NCBI GenBank assembly: GCA_964639595.1
Contig: CAZXEC010000002.1
Location: 13,621 to 74,868 of the forward strand
Length of the DNA: 61,248 bases
Reading direction: 5' to 3'
DNA from: an uncultured Gammaproteobacteria bacterium
Lineage (GTDB): Bacteria; Patescibacteriota; Microgenomatia; CAZXEC01
Part shown: piece by piece, positions 48,689 to 55,923 of the stretch
Position numbering within the stretch: position 1 is the stretch's first letter
Layout: each line of letters begins with the position of its first letter
The notes under the pieces: generated by a model
Seen by the model: the letters and a program-made list of their open reading frames with translations, nothing else
The model's database searches: none
What the model was told of the DNA's origin: nothing
Made by a program: the position numbers and the translations under genes

Positions 48689-49542
48689 AGGCTTCTATCC
48701 TCCGGCCAGTCTGGAACCGGCCAGAACTTTTCAATGAGCCAGGAAAAGGGAAGTGTCTGTTTATGCCAGGCGGTGTTAGTTAGCCACCTGTTCGTATAAG
48801 CGGTTCCTTTTTCAAGTTGTTTACCGTCTAAGGTGTATCCTCTTCCCATCTGTTTATTTTTATGAAGATGAGCATACCAGGTTTTTTTATTAGTTACCAC
48901 GCGCCCCCCCGACAACCAGCATTTAAGCCCTATCTCCTGAAACTCGTGGTTAAAAGTCCCATAATTTTCTTCATCCTCGAGTTCCAGCTCATGGAAGTAA
49001 TCTTTATGCATAAACCAGCATGAACCCTGCGCAGACATATTGTCATCAACTAAAATTTTTGCCCGATCGCGTGCCCTGTCGTCCCAGACCCTGCCGTGCA
49101 ACCCGCTTTCCCAGTTGCCATTTTTGCCCGGATAGGACAAATATTCATAATCAACATCGGGTTTGCCTACATCCTGTATGCGCCAGTTTGATGCGTCGAG
49201 TCTTTTGCGGCGGGGGACTACTACCCAATCGGGTTTGCAGTCGGAAGTGAGCTTCAAATCGAATCCCTCGTCAAATAGACAATGGGCATCGCTCTTCAAA
49301 ATATATTTGCCTTTGGCTATGGCAACTCCGGAATTAATTGCGTTACGCATACCCCCCGGCCGACCCCGGTGAAGATAGATCACTTTTGGGTCGCTAATTG
49401 GGGTGTCTACCCAATATCCGTCTAAGACTGCGATAATTTCAATATCTCCTCTTGCCTTGAGCATTATATCGTCAATGGTTTTTTGAAGAAATTCCTCGTT
49501 TCGAGAGGGAATGATTACAGATACAGTAGGTGCAATCTTCAT
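48676..49542 (-). CDS. GT2 glycosyltransferase
   Basis: SVIIPSRNE, KSDAHC, QGSCW; paralogous to the N-half of 41820-43607. Confidence 0.88.
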   Translation of the reverse strand: MKIAPTVSVIIPSRNEEFLQKTIDDIMLKARGDIEIIAVLDGYWVDTPISDPKVIYLHRGRPGGMRNAINSGVAIAKGKYILKSDAHCLFDEGFDLKLTSDCKPDWVVVPRRKRLDASNWRIQDVGKPDVDYEYLSYPGKNGNWESGLHGRVWDDRARDRAKILVDDNMSAQGSCWFMHKDYFHELELEDEENYGTFNHEFQEIGLKCWLSGGRVVTNKKTWYAHLHKNKQMGRGYTLDGKQLEKGTAYTNRWLTNTAWHKQTLPFSWLIEKFWPVPDWPEDRSLWAP

Positions 49543-49679
49543 GATCGTAGTTTTACACCTTAGCCGTAAAAAATCAAGATACGGCGTCATTGACAAGAGA
49601 CATGTTTAACTTTATGTTGTTTAATAAGGTATGTTTTGGCGGACGCTGCCGACTAACTATTTTACAAGCTAAGAGTTGA

Positions 49680-49696
49680 TCCCGATTAAATCGGGA
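49680..49696. mobile_element. 17-bp palindrome, family A
   Basis: ttga|TCCCGATTAAATCGGGA|ttga. Confidence 0.9.
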
Positions 49697-49731
49697 TTGA
49701 TAGAAAGAGGTAGATCTGGTTTAATATTGTT

Positions 49732-50733
49732 ATGGGTATTTTCCGCAAAATATTGTTATCCGGGATATTCTGGTATAGCCTGTTTTCCGCAGTTTTGATA
49801 GGCGCTGCCTTTTATTTGGTTTTGGGTCCGCCAGCTGGCGGAGGGATTGAAGCTACAGTTACCCAGCAACTGTTGGACCGCAAACGCATCATTGCCAGGG
49901 CTGAAGTGGCTAACATCACCACCTTCTTTGAAAAATTTGGTAATTCAGTCGCATTTCTAGCACAGCTAAGAAGTATAGAAGCCCGTGATGTGGATACTAC
50001 TTATGATTTGGATACGTTTGTAGAGCAACGGCGCGAGGCTGGCCTTATTGGAGGAGTTGTCTTAACAGATAAAAATGGAGTAGTCCGGTTTAATTCTAAT
50101 GTGATGGGAACCAGGGATCTGGGAGCGTCTTTAGCTGACCGGGCCTATTTTGTCTGGGCTAAGAATCAGGGGGAGAGGGGTAAGTATTTCATCAGTCAGC
50201 CGGTTATGAGCCGGCTGGGAGCCACTAAAGGACAAACTATAGTGGTGGTGGCTTCTCCGGTATATCAAAATAATAAATTTAGCGGTGTGGTAGCCTCCTC
50301 GGTGAAACTGGAGCCCTTAGCAGAGCGTTTTTTGGGGTTAATGAAAATATCAGCTATGACAGAAGTTTATCTGGTTGATGGCAATGGAGACCTGCTATAT
50401 AGTAACTCTGCCTCGGATGCGGTTGGCCCCGATTCAATCGGGGTTGGATCAAATATTTCCGAACTCTTTTCAGGCGATTCAGCTTTAAGCGATAAGATTA
50501 AAAATGCGCTGGGCGCAACTGTGGGAGACCAATTCCGAACCGAGAAGCACCTGATAGCTTATTCCCCGGTCATGTTGGGAACTCAAAGCTGGTTGTTGAT
50601 CATCTCCTCTCCCATGCAGCAGGTAGTCAATCTCGCTATGCCTCTCTATATTCGGCAAGCAGCGATACTCATACTGACAGCAACCACTATTTTAGTATTA
50701 GGAGTAATAGCTAGCAGAAAAAATCAGGCTTAA
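49732..50733 (+). CDS. Cache-domain membrane sensor with no cytoplasmic output domain
   Basis: TM; DRAYF, YFISQP, IVVVASPVY, GVV, YLVDGNG; TM; ends 6 aa later. Confidence 0.85.
   Translation: MGIFRKILLSGIFWYSLFSAVLIGAAFYLVLGPPAGGGIEATVTQQLLDRKRIIARAEVANITTFFEKFGNSVAFLAQLRSIEARDVDTTYDLDTFVEQRREAGLIGGVVLTDKNGVVRFNSNVMGTRDLGASLADRAYFVWAKNQGERGKYFISQPVMSRLGATKGQTIVVVASPVYQNNKFSGVVASSVKLEPLAERFLGLMKISAMTEVYLVDGNGDLLYSNSASDAVGPDSIGVGSNISELFSGDSALSDKIKNALGATVGDQFRTEKHLIAYSPVMLGTQSWLLIISSPMQQVVNLAMPLYIRQAAILILTATTILVLGVIASRKNQA
50427..50443. mobile_element. 17-bp palindrome, family A, in CDS
   Basis: ttgg|CCCCGATTCAATCGGGG|ttgg; peptide VG-PDSIG-VG. Confidence 0.9.
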
Positions 50734-51353
50734 GGGAAAACCTGGTGGAAGTAATCATAGTCGAGATTTTGGCGTTTTTTCCAAGTTTCAGGAAAGTTTG
50801 ATCTACCCCTGACGTAACGGAAGGATCCATTGTTTGTGTCTCCTTTCATAATAAACCAGGCGCCTTCTTTATTGATAAATCCGTAATAAGCGATTATGTC
50901 GTCATCCACTTCAGATATATGATATCCGTCTGTGGTTGAAGCTGTGGCAGCGCTAGTTTTGTCCGCTGAAGGATTTCCGGTTAAAGCTCCTGTTTGTGCA
51001 AGGTTTTGGCGGCCAAAAAGCCAAGACTCGACATTGCGACCGAAAATCGATATCAGGAAGAATGAAATTCCGCTGGCCCCTATCAGCTTTAAGAAGGTCC
51101 GTTTGTCAATATCAGCAATCCCCCTGCTGTCTGTTTGGGTCTCTATTTTCTCAGCCACACTCTGAATAGGGATTGTAGTTGTCTGGCTTACCTGCTTTTT
51201 GCCCAGAAAGATCTGATATGCGAAAAAGGCCAGTAGGGGATAGAGTAAAACAGCTACGCCTAGCTGGGTGTAGGTGGTGGAGGTGATAAATACCACTGCC
51301 AGCAGCACGAAGGCAATCATAAAGCTGGGATATATCAGTAAAGTTCTATTCAT
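50730..51353 (-). CDS. Membrane protein with 2 TM and an internal Tat-like signal anchor (DKRTFLK)
   Basis: Two N-terminal hydrophobic helices, polar loop, KRTFLK followed by LIGASGISFFLISIFG. Confidence 0.7.
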   Translation of the reverse strand: MNRTLLIYPSFMIAFVLLAVVFITSTTYTQLGVAVLLYPLLAFFAYQIFLGKKQVSQTTTIPIQSVAEKIETQTDSRGIADIDKRTFLKLIGASGISFFLISIFGRNVESWLFGRQNLAQTGALTGNPSADKTSAATASTTDGYHISEVDDDIIAYYGFINKEGAWFIMKGDTNNGSFRYVRGRSNFPETWKKRQNLDYDYFHQVFP

Positions 51354-52260
51354 AGTTTTCCTTCATAACATATTTGGCTGATATAAAACCGGTTGACCCC
51401 GACTCAGTCGGGGTTGACCCCGTATCCAATTTGACCTCAAACCAGTCTGAATCATAAGATAAAAATTCAAAGCTCTCGCCATCTTTAGCCTGGCCGATCT
51501 TAGTTGATTTAGTAGTTGGTTTTTGGCGGATGTTGACGGTTGATGACGAATCTTCAGCTTTGACTTTTACCAAACTTTTGGGTTTTGCTGCTGCTGTTGC
51601 CTCGGATTCGGCTGCGGGTAAAATTTCGGATTTCACTACATCAGCAGGAGCTGTGTCCTCTTTCACCGCTGAAAGGACTTCAGAGGAAGTAGGTAGAGAT
51701 TGGGCTTTGAACTCGGCAGCCCAGATGTTTCTTATTCCCAGGGTAATAAGCAGAGCAAAGGTGATAGTAGATACTGTCATAAATTCATTTATCCTTAGAA
51801 CGCGGGGCCGGGGTTTTAAATTAATGAGGTGGATTGCAGGTTCTCTACTTTTAGGATGTTCAGCTTCATTCTCAAGGGTAGTGCTGTCATTAAGTTCATG
51901 AATTTGTTCTTTTTTGAGGAAGTAGCCGCTATTTAGAAAGTTTTTTAGCAAATCTTCATCATAAACTCGCTCTCCCGCATTGTTCCGTTTTGGTTTGATT
52001 AAACCTCTTGCTTCTAATCTGCGTAAAGTGGTAGCGGAGATACCCAGTTTCCTGGCTACTTCCGATATTGGTAGCGGTTGACTAAGTTTATGCTTCTCAA
52101 GTTCATTTAGAGAGAAATAGCGGTTTTTACCATCCGGCCTCTCTGAATGTAATACGCCTGATTTATCCCATCTTCTGACTGTATCAATGGAAACACCGAG
52201 GACTTTGGCAGCTTCGGAGATTGGAATTAATTTTTTTTGATTGGGCAGACTATCATTCAT
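51346..52260 (-). CDS. Tandem MerR-type HTH, TM and SH3b domain protein
   Basis: ISEAAKVLGVSIDTVRRWD and ISEVARKLGISATTLRRLE; TM; VNIRQKPT...WFEV...GFIS. Confidence 0.85.
   Translation of the reverse strand: MNDSLPNQKKLIPISEAAKVLGVSIDTVRRWDKSGVLHSERPDGKNRYFSLNELEKHKLSQPLPISEVARKLGISATTLRRLEARGLIKPKRNNAGERVYDEDLLKNFLNSGYFLKKEQIHELNDSTTLENEAEHPKSREPAIHLINLKPRPRVLRINEFMTVSTITFALLITLGIRNIWAAEFKAQSLPTSSEVLSAVKEDTAPADVVKSEILPAAESEATAAAKPKSLVKVKAEDSSSTVNIRQKPTTKSTKIGQAKDGESFEFLSYDSDWFEVKLDTGSTPTESGSTGFISAKYVMKENYE
51397..51413. mobile_element. 17-bp palindrome, family A, in CDS
   Basis: ttga|CCCCGACTCAGTCGGGG|ttga; peptide ST-PTESG-ST. Confidence 0.9.
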
Positions 52261-52357
52261 ATTGTCCTATGCATTGTCTATCCTCTGCTTAGGTAAGCCT
52301 TTTCCTTTTCCCGTCTCCATAATCAGTTTCCCTGTTCTATTATATAGTTGTCAACCG

Positions 52358-52386
52358 TTGACAAATCGTGTTATATAATGTATATT
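52358..52386 (+). promoter_or_regulatory. Sigma70-type promoter with an overlapping dyad
   Basis: TTGACA-17 nt-TATATT; dyad TTGTCAAC-C-GTTGACAA. Confidence 0.55.
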
Positions 52387-52487
52387 ATTGTATATAATTA
52401 CATAATAGTTATGGGTTCATTGTTGGTGGTTGATAGACCAGAAAAAATTACCATGAACCATCAACTCACAACTAATAACCTAATAAG

Positions 52488-52877
52488 ATGTCTAATTTTA
52501 GTTTCGGAAAATTAGAGGTTTATCAGAAAGCAGTACTATTCACTAATAGAGTCTACTCTATTTCTAAAACCTGGCCTCGAGAGTATTTATTTGATCTTAC
52601 TAACCAGATAAGGAGAGCTTCACTTTCAATCTCACTCAATATAGCAGAAGGAACCAGTAGAAGTAGTAAGGATTTCAGTGGGTTTATTGATATGGCTCGT
52701 GGATCTTGTTTAGAGTGCGTAGCACTCATCGAAATAGCCTCAAAACAGAATCTTGTATCGGAAAATACAAAGAATATTTTAATTCAAGAGTTAATTTCGC
52801 TATCAAAGATGCTCAGTGGCCTCAAAAGAACTCTTACTACGAACCACGAACTACCAGCGAAGCGTACTACCAACTAA
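52488..52877 (+). CDS. Four-helix-bundle protein (23S rRNA IVP-like family)
   Basis: FGKLEVYQKA, LTNQIRRASLSISLNIAEG, ARGSCLE. Confidence 0.92.
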   Translation: MSNFSFGKLEVYQKAVLFTNRVYSISKTWPREYLFDLTNQIRRASLSISLNIAEGTSRSSKDFSGFIDMARGSCLECVALIEIASKQNLVSENTKNILIQELISLSKMLSGLKRTLTTNHELPAKRTTN

Positions 52878-52879
52878 AA

Positions 52880-53161
52880 ATGGAAGAATTTTACACAGTC
52901 AATCAAGCAGCCATAGTCCTAAAAGTCCATCCGCTCACAATCAGGAGACACATCAAGGAAGGTAAATTGAAAGCTTTCCGCGTAGGAGGTAGTATTCGTA
53001 TTGCTTTACCAGATTTAAAAGCTTTTACTCAAAGTTTTGTTCCTCGAACCACGAGTTTTGAAGAGCCTCATCCCTCAACTGAAGCTAGTTTCTCTTTAGA
53101 CGATCCTTTTTTTAGACTTAAGGCAAGAGGGTTAAGCATGAGCAGATTAAAACAAAAGTAG
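52880..53161 (+). CDS. Excisionase-like HTH_17 DNA-binding protein
   Basis: FYTVNQAAIVLKVHPLTIRRHIKEGKLKAFRVGGSIRI; start reassigned. Confidence 0.88.
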   Translation: MEEFYTVNQAAIVLKVHPLTIRRHIKEGKLKAFRVGGSIRIALPDLKAFTQSFVPRTTSFEEPHPSTEASFSLDDPFFRLKARGLSMSRLKQK

Positions 53162-53165
53162 GAAT

Positions 53166-53594
53166 ATGGCTACAACAAGTAGAAAAATATTTATAGATTT
53201 CTCAATCTTTATAGCTTTCATTGATAGGGGTGCTCCTAATCACCCAGTAGCCTCAAAAGCAATAGAGGATTTGGCCAGAATAGGATACCGTCTTTATACC
53301 AGCTCGTCAGCTGTAACAGATTCATACGCTCTACTCTCCCGTGAGGTTGGGGATACAATTGCATTAGAATTTCTTCAAACTATGCTTCAATCCGGTATTG
53401 AGATATTATTTCCTCAAAAAGCAGATTTAATTACTGCCCACAGAATACTTAGAGTCAACAGGGGCAGACAAATAACTTTAAGTGAAGCTCTGGATGCGAC
53501 CTTAATGCAAAAAAGAGGTGTTGTTCAAATATTAACGTTCACGCATTGGCATAATCTATTCGGAACGTTTGTTAGCAATCTGACAGCAGTTTAG
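53166..53594 (+). CDS. PIN-domain (VapC-like) protein with a degenerate active site
   Basis: IFIDFSIFIA, VTDSY, ITLSEA, ILTFT. Confidence 0.75.
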   Translation: MATTSRKIFIDFSIFIAFIDRGAPNHPVASKAIEDLARIGYRLYTSSSAVTDSYALLSREVGDTIALEFLQTMLQSGIEILFPQKADLITAHRILRVNRGRQITLSEALDATLMQKRGVVQILTFTHWHNLFGTFVSNLTAV

Positions 53595-54291
53595 GGATAT
53601 ATACGCATATGTGATTAATCAATGCATAGGTGGTTAAGTAATGCATAGGTAATATAAGAACATCCGCCTGCGGCGGATAACCTTGAACCTAAAATCTTGA
53701 TTAAATATTACAAATTGTAGTATTTTAGGTTTAAAATCCCGAAGGTGAGCCTGTCAGTCAATAGGGAAAGTAATTTTAGTCCAAAAATTCATTTTTTCAC
53801 CCTTTTTTAACCCCTTTTTTCTTATAATCGTTTACGATTACATCGTAAACTTCTTGAACGTTTACGTTATAGGTTCCCTATTAAATAAATAGCAGTTATA
53901 AATTTTTGAGTACTTCTTTGAGTCTCTAAATCAGATGATTAATAAAAGTACTCAAAAAAAACCTATTGCAACAGCCTAATCGATAAGAATCTCATATTGA
54001 TAAATTTTTGTAATTATTATCCAACTGTTGAGAAACTTTTTATTATCTCTATATATAGGTTATTTTGACTCTATATTTTTTAATACAAATTATTTTACAG
54101 TTAAAAATTATCTTTCATGTAGGATTAAATTAAATAAACTTTAAATAATCATCTACATTTAATTTATGAAATTAAGTAGCAGTTTTTTGATATTATCACA
54201 TTAATAAAAAGTCGGGAATTAAATGGGGATCAGATCCGGTAATGTGTAATGATTTCCGGCTTTTTTTAAAAAAAATTATTTTTTTTGGCCC

Positions 54292-54320
54292 TTGACAACA
54301 TTAATATCAATTTATACACT
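54292..54320 (+). promoter_or_regulatory. Sigma70-type promoter
   Basis: TTGACA-17 nt-TACACT upstream of the ATG at 54344. Confidence 0.6.
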
Positions 54321-54343
54321 AATTTTATTACACAAATCCTACC

Positions 54344-54649
54344 ATGGGCGTAAATGAACCAATTTTAACAATTTCAGTAGCAGCAAAACTTTTGAATATC
54401 CACCCCAGGACAATAATGCTCTACGAGAGGGCAAAACTGTTTACTCCCTACAGGACCAATACCCAAAGAAGGATGTTTTCTGGTAAAGATCTTGAAGATT
54501 TACAGTTTATCAGGTTTCTGACTCAACAGAGAAGAATAAACCTATCTGGGGTTAAGGTAGTATTGGAAGCTATATCTGCAGCAGAAAAAGGCGGGGTTAA
54601 CCTTAAATCTCTGCTTTTCCCCGATTTCAAAGCTGAGAAATTGTTTTGA
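54344..54649 (+). CDS. MerR family (HspR-like) regulator
   Basis: TISVAAKLLNIHPRTIMLYE...RRMFS..DL. Confidence 0.88.
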   Translation: MGVNEPILTISVAAKLLNIHPRTIMLYERAKLFTPYRTNTQRRMFSGKDLEDLQFIRFLTQQRRINLSGVKVVLEAISAAEKGGVNLKSLLFPDFKAEKLF

Positions 54650-54666
54650 TCAGGCATGAAGTACCC

Positions 54667-54732
54667 ATGCATTGCCTAATCAAGGTATCTAGGCAATGCC
54701 TAATCAAAGTATATGCATTGCCTAATCAGTGT
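54667..54732. repeat. Three direct repeats with core TGCCTAATCA, spaced 24 and 22 bp
   Basis: Cores at 54673, 54697 and 54719. Confidence 0.85.
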
Positions 54733-54903
54733 GCCTGCGCATCAGATGAAGTCTATAAATACCCCAAATATCAGAATTAGCCGGGCAGAGAACCCATTTC
54801 TTCTTAAGGTCTGAATAATTAATCTTGGTTTTGTTCTAGTGACACAAGTATGGTGTATTAAACTGCCATTATCTCGATCCTGGATCATACTTGGGCAGAA
54901 TCC

Positions 54904-55521
54904 TTAAAAAGAGAAACCAAAAAGCAAAAGTTGGATGGTTTGAGCCAGCGGAATAATGGTGGAATAGAGCAGGCTGGGAAAAAGAAAAACCAGGGCCAGC
55001 AGGATGATAAATCCGTACTGTTCCATGGCGTCAATGACCGGAGCCAATCCCGGAAACACCCCGGCAAAGAATTTTGATCCGTCCAGCGGGGGAATGGGGA
55101 TCAGGTTAAAAACCGCCAGGTTGATGTTAATAAGAGCTACGATAAACAAGGGAGTAAGCGGTAAGGGGAAAGGGGCAAGAGGAGCGGCCAGTCTCAATAA
55201 GACGGCAATAAGGGCTGCCGTGACTAGGTTGGCAGCTGGTCCGGCTATGGAAATCAGCGCCGAATCTTTTTGCGGTTCCCGCAGGTTATAGGGGTCAAAC
55301 TGGACCGGCTTGCCCCAACCAAAGCGGGCCACCACAATCATCAGTGTACCAATCGGGTCAAGATGGGACAGCGGGTTTAAGGTCAGCCTGCCTTGCAAGC
55401 GGGGAGTGGGATCACCCAAGCGGTCGGCAACGAAAGCATGAGCGGCTTCATGAACAGTGATGGCCACCACTAAACCCAAGGCCAGAGCCAATATTTCTTC
55501 AATGCTGGAAAAAGGGAACAT
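54904..55521 (-). CDS. Site-2 protease (M50 family)
   Basis: HEAAH, AGPAAN, FNLIPIPPLDG. Confidence 0.94.
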   Translation of the reverse strand: MFPFSSIEEILALALGLVVAITVHEAAHAFVADRLGDPTPRLQGRLTLNPLSHLDPIGTLMIVVARFGWGKPVQFDPYNLREPQKDSALISIAGPAANLVTAALIAVLLRLAAPLAPFPLPLTPLFIVALININLAVFNLIPIPPLDGSKFFAGVFPGLAPVIDAMEQYGFIILLALVFLFPSLLYSTIIPLAQTIQLLLFGFSF

Positions 55522-55638
55522 ACGATAAAAATGTCAAATTTCAAAATCCGAATATTAAATCCAATTAGAAATTATTTATGGCCAGTGCCTAAAATTTACC
55601 AATGACAAGACTATATCATTATGTTATAATATCACAAT

Positions 55639-55911
55639 ATGCAAAAGTGTGACAGATGCGGCAAGGGTGTGACTATTGGCAAATCCGGTGCTCACCGTTA
55701 TGGTGGAGGCTGGGCTATGCGCGCCCCCAAAAAAAGCCGGATCTGGAAACCCAACTTACATAATTTTAGAGTGGGGGATAGCGGCAGGTCTAAAGTAATG
55801 AAGTTCTGCACCAAGTGCTTGCGGAAAGTGAAAGAAGAAACCAAAAAGCTGCTAGCTAAGAAAACTGCCAGACCATCTGGTGGTGTGACAGTTGGTATTT
55901 CTGCCCAGTAG
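55639..55911 (+). CDS. rpmB: 50S ribosomal protein L28
   Basis: CDRCGK...KSRIWKPNL...CTKCLR. Confidence 0.92.
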   Translation: MQKCDRCGKGVTIGKSGAHRYGGGWAMRAPKKSRIWKPNLHNFRVGDSGRSKVMKFCTKCLRKVKEETKKLLAKKTARPSGGVTVGISAQ

Positions 55912-55923
55912 GGTTCCAGTGAT

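Noticed and set aside
52488-52877. Diversity-generating retroelement (Avd-like gene)
   Set aside because: No reverse transcriptase and no template/variable repeat pair with adenine-specific mismatches was seen in the window.
53600-54340. Chromosomal oriC
   Set aside because: AT-rich, but I found no perfect TTATCCACA box (only 1-2 mismatch variants), and no dnaA or dnaN is nearby.
54667-54732. Possible mini CRISPR array
   Set aside because: Period is only 22-24 bp with no unique spacers of CRISPR length, and there are no cas genes.
35884-54732. Intact prophage
   Set aside because: No terminase, capsid, portal or integrase genes; only phage-reminiscent accessory domains.
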